Shown piece by piece: positions 50,529 to 61,147 of a stretch of DNA of 64,000 nucleotides. Made by a program: the position numbers and the translations under genes. The notes under the pieces are model-generated. The model did not search any database. It had not been told where the DNA came from and saw nothing but the letters and a program-made list of their open reading frames with translations. Where the stretch lies: contig CAXRHT010000002.1 of the NCBI GenBank assembly GCA_964230645.1, positions 1,024,001 through 1,088,000 of the forward strand. Reading direction: 5' to 3'. How positions within the stretch are numbered: the stretch's first letter is position 1; every line of letters starts with the position of its first letter. The DNA is from Bdellovibrionales bacterium. Its GTDB lineage: Bacteria; Bdellovibrionota; Bdellovibrionia; Bdellovibrionales; JAGQZY01.

Positions 50529-50891
50529 ATGAAACATGTACTAGTCATTGAAGACAATGAGATTAACCAAGAATTGATAAAAAGAAGACTTGAGAAAAGA
50601 GGCTTCAAAGTGGATATAGCTTCAGACGGAGAGAGTGGACTAAAATTAGTGCAAGAGATTATGCCGGATCTCATATTATTAGATATAAGTCTTCCTCGCA
50701 TGGATGGTCTGGAGGTTGTTAAAACGTTAAAGGCAAATCCACAACTCTCTCGGATACCTGTTATTGCCCTCACCGCTCATGCGATGGAAGGTGACCGTCA
50801 AAAAGCTTTACAAGCTGGATTTGATGAGTACGAGTCAAAGCCTGTAAAAATTGACCAGCTCCTCACCAAAATGGAAAAATTGGCGGCATAA
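50529..50891 (+). CDS. Single-domain response regulator (DivK/CheY-like)
   Basis: IEDN, LLDISLP.MDG, IALTAHAM.GD, KP; start at M37, 1 nt after the kinase stop. Confidence 0.92.
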   Translation: MKHVLVIEDNEINQELIKRRLEKRGFKVDIASDGESGLKLVQEIMPDLILLDISLPRMDGLEVVKTLKANPQLSRIPVIALTAHAMEGDRQKALQAGFDEYESKPVKIDQLLTKMEKLAA

Positions 50892-50906
50892 TTAAAGATC
50901 TTTTCC

Positions 50907-53447
50907 TCAAGAGGCTTTAAGGTATTTGGTCCCAAGAGGACCGTTTTTAAAATCCAGCCGAAAACTCGATCCTTTTCCAATTTCACTCTTAAGGGAAATA
51001 TCGGCCCTCATTAGCGCTGCTAATTTTTTACATATTGTTAGTCCGAGCCCTGTTCCATCGTAACGTCGGTCGTTACTATTCTCAACCTGTTGAAAAGCTT
51101 CGAAAATTCGGGATTTATCATAGGGATTGATTCCAATGCCTGTGTCGTTGACCTCGAAGGTCCAATTTTCTGACCTTCCATCGTCAGGTTCTAAAACTCT
51201 TACAGTGATGACACCCTCTTTGGTAAACTTACCGGCATTGGAAATAAGATTAATTAAAATCAACTTTAACAATTCGCGGTCCGCAAATATTAAATCATCC
51301 TTACGTTCCCAATCCACAACCAAGCGATTCTTATTGGCATTAACAGTGTGATTGGTCAAAACCTTCACCTCCTCAATTAAATCACGAACTAAGAACTTAG
51401 TAGGATGAACCTGAATTTCAGAGTTCTCAATTTTAGATAAATCCAGAACCTGATTCACAAGATTTAACAAATGATATCCTGAGTGTTTTATTTTTTCGAT
51501 ATCAGTTTTTAAACCTGTCGATTCATGAGACTCCTCATCAAGGAGAAGCTCACTATAACCTATGATCGCATTTAAAGGGGTTCTCAATTCATGACTCATC
51601 TTCGCCAAAAATAAGGACTTAGCCTTATTAGCACTTTCGGCACGATCCTTTAGTTCTTCTATCTGCCTCTGTTTTTTTATAAAGCTTGTTATATCTTGAA
51701 CATATCCACGCACCCCCTCCACTTTTCCTTCTAAAGTAAATATGGGTTCACCGAAAATCTTTACTGTCTTAGCTCTTCCTTTTTGATCAACAAACTCAAA
51801 GACATCTTCAAAGGCCAATTTATTAGCTATAGCCTTTTCCACTAGATTTTTAATTTTTTCCTGATCGGGCTTGAAATAGAGTTTTAAGGCATGCTGGGGG
51901 CCGATATCCTCTTTGACCGGCATTCCATGGATTCGGAAAACTTGTGGATTAAGAATAATTTTTCCAGACTTTATACTGTACTTCCACCCACCAATCTTAG
52001 CAATTTCTTGAACCCGCTGGGAAACCTCTTTTAATTCATTGTTTTGCTGTTCCTGCTTTTGAATATTGGTCATATTCAGATGGGTACCACAAATAAAAGC
52101 CGGCTGATTTAGACTATCGACCTCGACCACTTTTCCTTTTGTTAAAACCGTCACCCAGTGTCCCTTTCTGTGCCTCAAACGCACTAGAAACTCAAAGCTT
52201 TTCTGGTTTTTAAAAATAACTTTTTTATACACTTCGTTGGCTTTCTCAACATCCAGTGGATGAATCTGAGAGGCCCAGAAGTTTTTCGTAGGAGGTATTT
52301 CTTCTAATTTATAACCTAGCATCGAACTTAATTTTTTATCGAAGCGAACCTCCCCACTTCTTACGTCCCATTTCCAAAGACCTAAATCAGAGCTTTCGAT
52401 AAGGAGTTTATTATTGACCCGATGCCTGTTCAGAGTTTTTGACTTGCGTGCGGCTTCTTTCTCGTGGAAACGTTTATCGAGGCGCTTAGCAAGGCTAGTT
52501 GCCAAAACTCCCATTAATGTCTTTTGTACCTTGTTATACTTTGTGAGTTCTAGGTTCTTGGAAGAAAAACTGATCGTTCCTACTACATTGGTATTGATGA
52601 TAAGAGGGGCTCCAAGGTAGAGCTGCAGATCAAAATGCCTAAAAAAGTCTAGACATAAGGGATTTTTAATTGATTCTTCTCTCCAAACTAGTATCTCCCT
52701 TCGATGAACGACATCGAAACAAAGAGTGTTCTCCAAAGGCATCCGTTGCCCTTTTTTTACAATTTCGTCAGCAGAAATAACTGACTTAACTACAAACTCG
52801 TTATTTTTTACCTCTCCAATGATCGCGTTATCCATTTCTAGATACTTTTTCCCTAGAGCTAAATAGCTTTCGAGCATAGATGCGATACTATGGAAACTAG
52901 TTTCATTAAGCTTATTGAGATCCCTTAAGGCTTTATAAAGAAGCTTATACTGCGAGGCCTCTCTTTTCTTTCCAAGTAACTCTCTTCTTTCTAGTAGCAG
53001 ATCAACGACTTGAGAGGATAGTTTGTGTAAAGCTTCTTTCTGGAGATCGTTTAACTTTTTTACCTTCTGATCGATAACACATAAGGTTCCGACATTTTCA
53101 CCGTCAATCTCCAACGGAACCCCGGCGTAGTGACGGATACTGGGATGCTCTAATACTAGAGGATTTTCTGAGAAGCGTGCATCTTGGGTGGCATTTTCTA
53201 TCTCGAAAAGGCCCTCATTTCTTATAGCATGATCACAAAAGGCGACACTCCTCGGAGTTTCGTTGACCTCGATTCCAAATCTTGCTTTAAACCACTGTCT
53301 ATTTTTATCAACTAATGAAACCAGAGCCACGGGAGAATCACACACCACACTGGCTATATAAACGATTTCATTAAACCTTCTCTCATCCTCAGTATCAAGA
53401 ACCTTTAAAGAGTTTAAAACTTCCAGCCTCTTTTTTTCATCCACCAT
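50907..53447 (-). CDS. Soluble GAF-GAF-PAS-PAS sensor histidine kinase
   Basis: GAF (SLVD..RQWFKA...FC.HAI...YAGVPL...GTLCVID), second GAF, two PAS domains, MSHELRTPLN, NLISNAGKFT, GTGLGL; GGAG RBS before M7. Confidence 0.93.
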   Translation of the reverse strand: MVDEKKRLEVLNSLKVLDTEDERRFNEIVYIASVVCDSPVALVSLVDKNRQWFKARFGIEVNETPRSVAFCDHAIRNEGLFEIENATQDARFSENPLVLEHPSIRHYAGVPLEIDGENVGTLCVIDQKVKKLNDLQKEALHKLSSQVVDLLLERRELLGKKREASQYKLLYKALRDLNKLNETSFHSIASMLESYLALGKKYLEMDNAIIGEVKNNEFVVKSVISADEIVKKGQRMPLENTLCFDVVHRREILVWREESIKNPLCLDFFRHFDLQLYLGAPLIINTNVVGTISFSSKNLELTKYNKVQKTLMGVLATSLAKRLDKRFHEKEAARKSKTLNRHRVNNKLLIESSDLGLWKWDVRSGEVRFDKKLSSMLGYKLEEIPPTKNFWASQIHPLDVEKANEVYKKVIFKNQKSFEFLVRLRHRKGHWVTVLTKGKVVEVDSLNQPAFICGTHLNMTNIQKQEQQNNELKEVSQRVQEIAKIGGWKYSIKSGKIILNPQVFRIHGMPVKEDIGPQHALKLYFKPDQEKIKNLVEKAIANKLAFEDVFEFVDQKGRAKTVKIFGEPIFTLEGKVEGVRGYVQDITSFIKKQRQIEELKDRAESANKAKSLFLAKMSHELRTPLNAIIGYSELLLDEESHESTGLKTDIEKIKHSGYHLLNLVNQVLDLSKIENSEIQVHPTKFLVRDLIEEVKVLTNHTVNANKNRLVVDWERKDDLIFADRELLKLILINLISNAGKFTKEGVITVRVLEPDDGRSENWTFEVNDTGIGINPYDKSRIFEAFQQVENSNDRRYDGTGLGLTICKKLAALMRADISLKSEIGKGSSFRLDFKNGPLGTKYLKAS

Positions 53448-53489
53448 TGACTTCAAACTCCACACATTACTTTGTAAAGACCTATGATA

Positions 53490-53516
53490 ATATCGGAAGC
53501 TCTTTCAAATAATTAA
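53490..53516 (-). promoter_or_regulatory. Putative sigma28 promoter
   Basis: TTAA-N15-TCCGATAT upstream of the 53447 kinase. Confidence 0.55.
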
Positions 53517-53574
53517 ATATTTATTGTTTTATTTTAAAATCAATATTTTTTCTTAAGTTGTCTCAGAAGAAGAC

Positions 53575-53600
53575 AAAAAAAAGCGCCTAAATAGGCGCTT
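53575..53600 (-). terminator. Rho-independent terminator
   Basis: Minus strand AAGCGCCTA-tt-TAGGCGCTT followed by further Ts. Confidence 0.8.
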
Positions 53601-53631
53601 AATTTTTACTCTGTTGCATTTAGAGTTTAAT

Positions 53632-54354
53632 TTATTTTGACTCTTTCTTTTCGGTCGACCCCACCTGTTCATACTTGGTAATCCCATCAAAATCATAATA
53701 GCTACGACCACGTTTTTCCTTGGGAGTCGAGCGTCCACGGTAGGAGACTAACTCTTTAGTCTTTGGATCAAAGTTAAAATAAAGAGGGTCAACGACCGCT
53801 CTGATAAACATGCTGGAAGGATTGAACTTAACCACAAACAAGTCATCGGTCTTGCTTTCCTTTGAGAGCTCAAACCCGATAGCTTCCTGACGATGCCAAA
53901 CCCCTAGCTCAACATCAACCTCTTCGCCTTTTGCAAGCTTGTCCCAGTTGTCCATGATCGTGGAAACAATTTGTAGGCCCACAATAAAATTGTCGGGAAG
54001 ATCGATGGTTTGAGGATAATTATTTTTTCTAAATTTCTTTAAGTTCAGAGTGGCTTTGCCATCTTCAACCGTGATCCAAGCTTTTTGTTTAAGCTGCTTT
54101 TGATCCATATCGTAACGGATGAGTTTTCCGTTTTTAGTTTGCATTTTTTCAACCGTAAGGACGTCTCCATCCATATCTTTATAGACAGCGCGATCATGTA
54201 AGATATCGCCCTTTTTTTCCTGGTAGCGCTCATAAGTGAATTGCTTTTCTTTGCCTTCTTTATCGTAAACAATTCCTTTACTTATAAGCTTTTCGGCCGC
54301 GATGGAGGTAATACTCAGTAAAGTTACAATGGTGATCAAAAATAGTTTTCTCAT
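53632..54354 (-). CDS. Secreted hypothetical protein
   Basis: Signal peptide MRKLFLITIVTLLSITSIA from M28 with RBS AAAGGA; beta-rich body. Confidence 0.75.
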   Translation of the reverse strand: MRKLFLITIVTLLSITSIAAEKLISKGIVYDKEGKEKQFTYERYQEKKGDILHDRAVYKDMDGDVLTVEKMQTKNGKLIRYDMDQKQLKQKAWITVEDGKATLNLKKFRKNNYPQTIDLPDNFIVGLQIVSTIMDNWDKLAKGEEVDVELGVWHRQEAIGFELSKESKTDDLFVVKFNPSSMFIRAVVDPLYFNFDPKTKELVSYRGRSTPKEKRGRSYYDFDGITKYEQVGSTEKKESK

Positions 54355-54425
54355 AGGATTTCCTTTTTTGTGAAATTTTAACCTTAGATCCTTGCTTGAC
54401 ACAAGGGGACTCTTGTTGATGAATT

Positions 54426-56072
54426 CTATAGCCAAAGGCTTTTGACACCTCTTTCTTTGGCCACTTCTTTGGCGTCATCGTATCCAGCATCCACATGCCG
54501 AAAAACACCCATCGCTGGGTCCGCAGTCAGGACTCTCTCAAGCCTTTGAGCGGCTTTTTCTGTACCATCAGCCACGATCACCTGACCGGCGTGTAGGGAA
54601 TAACCCATCCCCACTCCACCACCATGATGAAAACTCACCCAAGTCGCTCCACAAGCTGTATTGGTGAGTGCATTTAAAAGAGGCCAGTCGGCCACAGCGT
54701 CCGAACCATCTTTCATACTTTCGGTTTCCCTATTAGGTGAAGCCACAGAGCCACAGTCAAGATGATCCCGTCCGATCACAATAGGAGCTTTAACTTTCCC
54801 TTCTTTTACGAGCTCATTGAACTTTAAGCCAGCCTTCACTCGCTCCCCATACTCTAACCAACAGATTCTTGCCGGTAGTCCCTGGAAGGCAATTCGCTCC
54901 TTTGCCATCTCTAACCAGTTTAATAAATGAGGTTTGTCTGGGAAAAGTTCCTTGAGAGCTTGGTCGAGAACAAAGATATCTTCTTCATCGCCACTCAGAG
55001 CCACGAAACGAAAGGGCCCGCTGCCTTTACAAAAAAGAGGTCGAATATAAGCAGGGACAAAACCTGGAAAATCAAAAGCCTCTTCCACCCCTACATCTTG
55101 GGCCATCGCGCGGATATTGTTGCCGTAATCAAAAGTGATCGCACCTTTTTGCTTAAGTTTAAGCATTCCCCTTACGTGTTCACCCATGGATTCTTTGGAG
55201 AGTTTCACATATTTCTCAGGATTTTCATTTCTAAGTTTATCGGCTTCTTTTAGCGAGTACCCTGCTGGAATATAACCAACTAAAGGATCGTGTGCCGAGG
55301 TTTGGTCCGTCAACATATCTGGGACATAGTCTTTTTTTACCATCTCTTGAATCACCTCGGCCATGTTGCCAACCAAGGCCACTGATTTTGCCTCACCATT
55401 TTTAGCGTAGGCTTGTATTTTTTCCCAAGCCTCATCCAAGTCATGACAGACCTCATCGACATAGCGAGTTTTTAATCGTTTTTGAACTCTTTCTTCATCG
55501 ACTTCAATCGCCAAAACACAAGCGCCAGCAAAGACTCCTGCTAGCGGTTGCGCACCACCCATTCCACCGAGCCCAGCGGTCGCAATGATTCTCCCCTTTA
55601 AATCGCCTCCAAAATGTTGGCGTCCTGCTTCCACAAAAGTTTCATAGGTTCCCTGCACGATCCCTTGAGTTCCAATGTAAATCCAAGAGCCGGCTGTCAT
55701 TTGCCCATACATCATGAGCCCTTTTTTATCGAGCTCATGAAAATGATCCCAGTTGGCCCACTTAGGCACCAAATTGGAATTGGCAATAAGAACTTTCGGA
55801 GCATCTTCATGAGTTTTAATGATTCCAATGGGTTTGCCTGATTGTACTAAAAGTGTCTCGTCGATCTTTAGATCTTTAAGACTCTCTAAAATTTTATGGT
55901 AGCACTCCCAGTTTCTTGCGGCCTTTCCAATTCCACCGTAAACAATGAGATCATCAGGGCGTTCGGCCACATCAGGATCTAAATTGTTTTGGATCATTCG
56001 ATAGGCGGCCTCAGAGAGCCAATTGTCACAATTAAGTTCAGTGCCTTTCGGTGCTTTAATATTTTTTACCAT
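54426..56072 (-). CDS. hutU: Urocanate hydratase
   Basis: [58 protein letters not shown]. Confidence 0.97.
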   Translation of the reverse strand: MVKNIKAPKGTELNCDNWLSEAAYRMIQNNLDPDVAERPDDLIVYGGIGKAARNWECYHKILESLKDLKIDETLLVQSGKPIGIIKTHEDAPKVLIANSNLVPKWANWDHFHELDKKGLMMYGQMTAGSWIYIGTQGIVQGTYETFVEAGRQHFGGDLKGRIIATAGLGGMGGAQPLAGVFAGACVLAIEVDEERVQKRLKTRYVDEVCHDLDEAWEKIQAYAKNGEAKSVALVGNMAEVIQEMVKKDYVPDMLTDQTSAHDPLVGYIPAGYSLKEADKLRNENPEKYVKLSKESMGEHVRGMLKLKQKGAITFDYGNNIRAMAQDVGVEEAFDFPGFVPAYIRPLFCKGSGPFRFVALSGDEEDIFVLDQALKELFPDKPHLLNWLEMAKERIAFQGLPARICWLEYGERVKAGLKFNELVKEGKVKAPIVIGRDHLDCGSVASPNRETESMKDGSDAVADWPLLNALTNTACGATWVSFHHGGGVGMGYSLHAGQVIVADGTEKAAQRLERVLTADPAMGVFRHVDAGYDDAKEVAKERGVKSLWL

Positions 56073-57598
56073 TCTAAATCCCCCACACATTCTTTTATAG
56101 TCTTATAAAGGCGATCATCTTGGATCATTGTTTGAATTTTTTCGACATCATCGGAGAAAACCCGGTCTTTCTCTGCAAACGGAACTTCTTTGCGAATCTC
56201 ATCAAGACAAGCTTTAACAGCAGAGGTTGGCTCCAATGGCTTGAGCATATCAAGGGCTTGAGTGCTTGAAAGCATTTCCATGGCAATCACATGCTCACAG
56301 TTGGTCACGATCTGGCCAAACTTTCTGGCCGCAATAGTTCCCATACTGACATGGTCTTCTTTATCAGCCGATGTTGGTATACTATCAACGCTGGCTGGAT
56401 GAGATAAAATTTTATTCTCGCTCACTAGAGACGCCGCCGCCACTTGCACTATCATATGACCAGAATTCAATCCTCCCTCGGGTGCTAAGAAGGCCGGAAG
56501 GCCACTCATAGAAGGATTGATCATTTTTTCAATTCGGCACTCAGAGATATTCCCAATGCCACTCATGGCAATGGCTGCAAAATCAAGGGCGTAAGCCACA
56601 GGTTCGCCATGAAAGTTTCCGCAGCTTAAAATTTTCTCATCTTCGGCAAACACAAGAGGATTATCAGTACTAGAATTGGCCTCTGTTTCCAAAACTCCCA
56701 AAATATGTCGAAAGGAATCTTTAGCGGCCCCGTGAACCGCGGGGATACAACGAAGACTGTAACAATCTTGCACTCTGCCACAGTCCTCATGGCTTCTTGA
56801 GATAGAGGACTCAGGCCCCATAAGTTTTAAAATATTACGGGCTGTTTTTGCCTCACCAGGATGCGCTCTTGTTGCAGAAATCAAAGGATCAAAGGCAGCT
56901 CGTGTTCCCTTGAGAGCTTCCAGGGTCATGGCTCCCGATAGATCAGCCAGCCAGATCAAGCGTCGTCCTTTGTATAAATTTAAAAGCCCAACCGCCGTCA
57001 TCACTTGGCAACCGTTAATGAGGGACAAGCCCTCTTTGGCCTGAAGCTCTAAGGGCTTCACCTTTTTTTCACTTAACAGGTTTGATACAGGTACTTTATT
57101 ATTGTTTGCATCCCATACCTTACCCTCTCCGATAATAGAAAGAGCCAAGTGAGAAAGAGGCGCTAAATCACCACTTGCGCCCACGCTCCCCTTTTGAGGA
57201 ATGACAGGAATAATATCATTATTCAAATAATCAAGAATCGTTTCCACGACCAGGGGACGAATACCACTATGCCCTCGCGCCAAAGCATTGGCTCTTAGAA
57301 ACATGATGGCACGAGTTTCCTCTTTGGTAAAAGGCTCACCAATTCCCATACAGTGAGAGCGAATAAGATTTTTTTGCAGTTCAATGATTTGAGGGTCGGA
57401 AATTTTGACGTCACTAAAGTGTCCAAAACCCGTATTCACACCGTAAATGGCTTTACCAGAGTTCAGTTGCCCTTCAATGTACTGTCTTGACTGCAGCATT
57501 TTTTCCCTGGCCGAATCAGCTAGGCGCACCTCTTTATTTTCGTAGGCAACGCTAAAAACTTCTTCGATCGTAACGTTTTCTCCATTCATCTCTATCAT
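56066..57598 (-). CDS. hutH: Histidine ammonia-lyase
   Basis: [11 protein letters not shown] motif [34 protein letters not shown]. Confidence 0.97.
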   Translation of the reverse strand: MIEMNGENVTIEEVFSVAYENKEVRLADSAREKMLQSRQYIEGQLNSGKAIYGVNTGFGHFSDVKISDPQIIELQKNLIRSHCMGIGEPFTKEETRAIMFLRANALARGHSGIRPLVVETILDYLNNDIIPVIPQKGSVGASGDLAPLSHLALSIIGEGKVWDANNNKVPVSNLLSEKKVKPLELQAKEGLSLINGCQVMTAVGLLNLYKGRRLIWLADLSGAMTLEALKGTRAAFDPLISATRAHPGEAKTARNILKLMGPESSISRSHEDCGRVQDCYSLRCIPAVHGAAKDSFRHILGVLETEANSSTDNPLVFAEDEKILSCGNFHGEPVAYALDFAAIAMSGIGNISECRIEKMINPSMSGLPAFLAPEGGLNSGHMIVQVAAASLVSENKILSHPASVDSIPTSADKEDHVSMGTIAARKFGQIVTNCEHVIAMEMLSSTQALDMLKPLEPTSAVKACLDEIRKEVPFAEKDRVFSDDVEKIQTMIQDDRLYKTIKECVGDLEW

Positions 57599-58254
57599 GA
57601 CTTTTCCTTTAACTGAGAAATAGCGGCTTTGTAACCCTGAGGGTGTTTAAATACAAAACTTCCAGCCACCAAAACATCGGCGTTGGTCACTTGCAGTTTT
57701 GTCTTTTCATTGATGCCACCATCGACTTGAATTTTATATTTCCAATTGTTCTTTTCTCTAAGTTCAAAAAGTTGGTTCACTTTTTCAACTTGCTCTTCCA
57801 TGAAACTCTGGCCACCAAAACCTGGATTCACTGTCATCACTAAAACTAAATCAAGATCGGCAAGATAGGGCTCAATTTCTGAAAGATCCGTGGCGGGTCT
57901 TAATGTTAAACCACACTCAACTTTTTGAGACTTTATTTTTTCGAGCATTTTTTGAGTGTCCCCCTGGGACTCGACATGCAAAGTGATGTTGTTGGCTCCC
58001 GCTTTAATAAAATCTTCGATGTATTTGTCTGGTTCTTCGATCATCAAGTGACAGTCCAGAAAGGCGGACTCAATTTTTCGAAGAGACTTTACCACTGGTG
58101 CCCCTATGGTGAGGTTGGGCACAAAGTGACCATCCATAACGTCGACGTGAATCCAGTCTGTACCAGCCTCCATCACTTCGCGAATTTCTGTTTCTAACTT
58201 ACCAAAGTCCGCAGATAGTATACTGGGAGCGGGAATGAATTTCTCACTAAGCAT
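57595..58254 (-). CDS. rpe: Ribulose-phosphate 3-epimerase
   Basis: APSILSADF, HVDVMDGHFVPN, MTVNPGFGGQ, VDGG, AGS. Confidence 0.96.
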   Translation of the reverse strand: MLSEKFIPAPSILSADFGKLETEIREVMEAGTDWIHVDVMDGHFVPNLTIGAPVVKSLRKIESAFLDCHLMIEEPDKYIEDFIKAGANNITLHVESQGDTQKMLEKIKSQKVECGLTLRPATDLSEIEPYLADLDLVLVMTVNPGFGGQSFMEEQVEKVNQLFELREKNNWKYKIQVDGGINEKTKLQVTNADVLVAGSFVFKHPQGYKAAISQLKEKS

Positions 58255-59191
58255 CGAACTGATCTCCTTTTTTCACTTGGTAACCGCGAATATAATCCGC
58301 CGCACTCATTTTAGCTTTACTCTCAGGCTGAACCATCAGCAGTCTGACAGCATTTTTACCGCAAGCTACATCGAAAGACTCTTTTTCCACATTCACCACA
58401 ACACCCGGATCAGAATTAGTCTCAACTTCAATCCATTGGCTCTTGTGAATTTTTAAATTTTTCCCTCGAAATTGGGAACTGGCATTGGGCCCTCCCATTT
58501 CAAGCCCTCGGATTTTATTGTGAATATCCATGGCTTCATTTTTCCAATCGATCTTACCTTCTTGTTTTTCGATTTTTTTTGCGTAGGTAATTTTTGATTC
58601 ATCTTGAGCGGCCAATTCTTTTTGGCCTTCGTAGTAGGCCTGCAAGTTTTCAGTGAGGAGCCTCGCTCCTTTAAGACTTAAGGTCTCGTATAGCTCGATG
58701 GCCCCCATGAATAAAGGCAGCGCCATTCTTTCTTCCGCTATGATGTCGCCAGCGTCTAATTTTTTTACCACTTTCTGTAAACTCACCCCGGTCTCTTTGT
58801 CTCCAGCCATAAGAGCTCTTTGCATGGGAGCCGCTCCTCGCCAACGGGGAAGAAGACTTGAGTGGATGTTCACACAACCTTTAGGTAGAGCTTCCAGAAA
58901 ACTTTTAGAAAGTATTTGCCCATAGGCCACGACCACCCCTCCATCGATAGAAAGTTTTTTTAATTCATCGATGGTCTCGGTTGTGGAAATTTTCTCCGGG
59001 GTGTGAACCTCTAACCCAAGCTCTAAAGCCACTTTTTTCACCGGGCTTGCCTGCAGCTTTTTACCACGCCCTGAGGGTCGATCGGGTTGAGTGTAGACCC
59101 TCACAATATTAAAGCGAGGATCGTTATGAAGAGACTTTAATGAAGGAACCGCAAAGTCTGGGGTTCCACAGAAGATAATATTGTAAGCCAT
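58247..59191 (-). CDS. fmt: Methionyl-tRNA formyltransferase
   Basis: GTPDFA, TQPDRPSGRG, VVAYG, NIHSSLLPRWRGAAP, LDAGD. Confidence 0.96.
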   Translation of the reverse strand: MAYNIIFCGTPDFAVPSLKSLHNDPRFNIVRVYTQPDRPSGRGKKLQASPVKKVALELGLEVHTPEKISTTETIDELKKLSIDGGVVVAYGQILSKSFLEALPKGCVNIHSSLLPRWRGAAPMQRALMAGDKETGVSLQKVVKKLDAGDIIAEERMALPLFMGAIELYETLSLKGARLLTENLQAYYEGQKELAAQDESKITYAKKIEKQEGKIDWKNEAMDIHNKIRGLEMGGPNASSQFRGKNLKIHKSQWIEVETNSDPGVVVNVEKESFDVACGKNAVRLLMVQPESKAKMSAADYIRGYQVKKGDQFDA

Positions 59192-59327
59192 CGCAGCCTT
59201 CTACCACAAAAGCAGGGCTCAAACTCCATGCAGCACGCTGCATCCACTTGCTATTGTGCTTTTGCTGGAAATCTAGAGACAGAATAGCCACTCCTCATTC
59301 AGACAAGCAAGGGGTGGCTTCTAGGAA

Positions 59328-59927
59328 TCAAACCAAAGAGGCTTCTTCCTCTTTTTCCTCTTCTTCGTCGCCGGGCTTGGGGTAGCCAAATTTTTTTATT
59401 TTGGCCTTAATTCGGTTGGACTTAATAGGGCTTAAACGATCTATAAAAACTTTCCCGTCCAAATGGTCCATCTCATGCTGCATGCAAATCGAGAGGAGGC
59501 CATCCAGTTTGTACTCTACGGGCTTTCCTTCTTTGTCTAGGCCTTTTACTTCAATGTACTTTGAGCGAACGACCGACTCGTAGAACCCAGGAACACTTAA
59601 ACAACCTTCGTCGTATTTGGTCTTACCCTCTTTTTTCGTGATCTCAGGGTTGAAGATAACGATAGGCTGATCCACGGCTTTTTCAAGGTCTGTGAGATTC
59701 TCATCTAGATTATAGCGATCATCCTCGCCTTGGGGGCGAATATCGATAACCAGAAGTCGAACCTCAACACCCACTTGAATCGCAGCAAGGCCAATACCTT
59801 TTTCTGAGTACATGGTCTCAAGCATATCCTCGGCTAATTTTTTTAGCTCAGGGGTGACTTCCTCCACTTTTTTCCCTTTGTGGCGAAGACGAGAATCTGG
59901 GAATTTCAAAACTTCCAATATAGCCAT
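59328..59927 (-). CDS. def: Peptide deformylase
   Basis: GIGLAAIQ, EGCLS, QHEMDHL. Confidence 0.97.
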   Translation of the reverse strand: MAILEVLKFPDSRLRHKGKKVEEVTPELKKLAEDMLETMYSEKGIGLAAIQVGVEVRLLVIDIRPQGEDDRYNLDENLTDLEKAVDQPIVIFNPEITKKEGKTKYDEGCLSVPGFYESVVRSKYIEVKGLDKEGKPVEYKLDGLLSICMQHEMDHLDGKVFIDRLSPIKSNRIKAKIKKFGYPKPGDEEEEKEEEASLV

Positions 59928-59975
59928 CCCTCTTTACTAGCGGAGTTCCCCGAAAAAGGCAAGAAAGGGACCCGT

Positions 59976-61058
59976 TTAGGTCCGCATCCAGCGGAAAATA
60001 AAAAAGCAAAGGCCGAGCATCACAATATTGGGTGTCCAGGTGGCTAGAATTGGGGGGATCTGGCCTGCTTTCCCAAGAGAAAGGCTTGAGGACTGCATGA
60101 CCCAGAACGTGAAGGTCAGAAGAAGTATGAGTCCAATATTTTTGGCCATCCCGCCTGAGCGTTGGTGGGTGATCACAAAGGGGACACCGATGAGGGCCAT
60201 AACCAATATTGTAAAAGGAAAGCTGATCTTATTGTGGTAGTCCACCTCAAAGGCCGTCATATTGAGACCGGCCTCCTTATTTTTATCGATGTAACGGCCT
60301 AGCTCGCTGAAACTTAGAAAGTCGGAAGCTGTACTGGTGGTCTGAATATCAGAGAGCTCCTCGTTCATGGCAATTTTTTTGGAATCAAATTGTTTCACAA
60401 GTGGTGTGCTTAAATTTTTGTCCACAAAAAGAGTGATGCTCCCTCCTTTGAGTAACCAGTGACTAGGCATAATTTTAGCGGTCTTGGAATGGATAATTTG
60501 TTGCAATTTCCACTCGGGCGAAAAGTAGTAAAAAGTCACGCCATGGGCGACTTTTTTTTCGGATTCAAGCAGCTTAATATTAAAAATAATATTGTCGGAT
60601 CGGTACCAAATCTTATCGGTTTTTACGGTCGCAAATTTGCTGGGCTGCTTTTTCATTTCCACATAGTAAATGTAGTTTCTTTTCTTCTTAGTAATGGGCA
60701 GCACACGATCACCGATGTAAAAAGAAAGCCCCACAAAAATAAATATCCAGAAAAATATAGGAATTAAAATTCTTGTAATGCTCATCCCAAGGCTAAATAA
60801 AGCGGTTAACTCACGACTCTTATTTAAAGACGAGAGGGTGAAAACAACTCCCACCAGAGCCGCCACAGGAATAAACTGGTACATGATTTGAAAAAGATAA
60901 GCCCCATAGTAGCGCCCGAGCACATCCAGCCCCACATCAAAGCGCATCATCTGTGACATGAAGTCGATCACAAAAAAAAGTGTGAGAAACACTGTGAGGC
61001 CTGCAAAAAAATAAGTCAGGAATAGCTTAGAAATATAGCGATCGACGAGATTGAACAC
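59976..61058 (-). CDS. lptG: LPS export ABC transporter permease LptG (LptF/G family)
   Basis: DRYI, 3 TM + periplasmic domain + 3 TM, ELTALFSLG.S, W.PN. Confidence 0.85.
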   Translation of the reverse strand: MFNLVDRYISKLFLTYFFAGLTVFLTLFFVIDFMSQMMRFDVGLDVLGRYYGAYLFQIMYQFIPVAALVGVVFTLSSLNKSRELTALFSLGMSITRILIPIFFWIFIFVGLSFYIGDRVLPITKKKRNYIYYVEMKKQPSKFATVKTDKIWYRSDNIIFNIKLLESEKKVAHGVTFYYFSPEWKLQQIIHSKTAKIMPSHWLLKGGSITLFVDKNLSTPLVKQFDSKKIAMNEELSDIQTTSTASDFLSFSELGRYIDKNKEAGLNMTAFEVDYHNKISFPFTILVMALIGVPFVITHQRSGGMAKNIGLILLLTFTFWVMQSSSLSLGKAGQIPPILATWTPNIVMLGLCFFIFRWMRT

Positions 61059-61147
61059 TCTTCATTTTAGGAAAGAGGCCTCTTAGAGGTCAAGGAGAAG
61101 ACCGACTTATCCTTGACTCTGTTTGAAAAGAAGTTTTTACTTAATGT

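Noticed and set aside
50421..50531. Programmed frameshift fusing kinase and receiver
   Set aside because: The kinase has a clean stop and the receiver its own ATG 1 nt later. No convincing slippery site with a stimulator, so ordinary coupling suffices.
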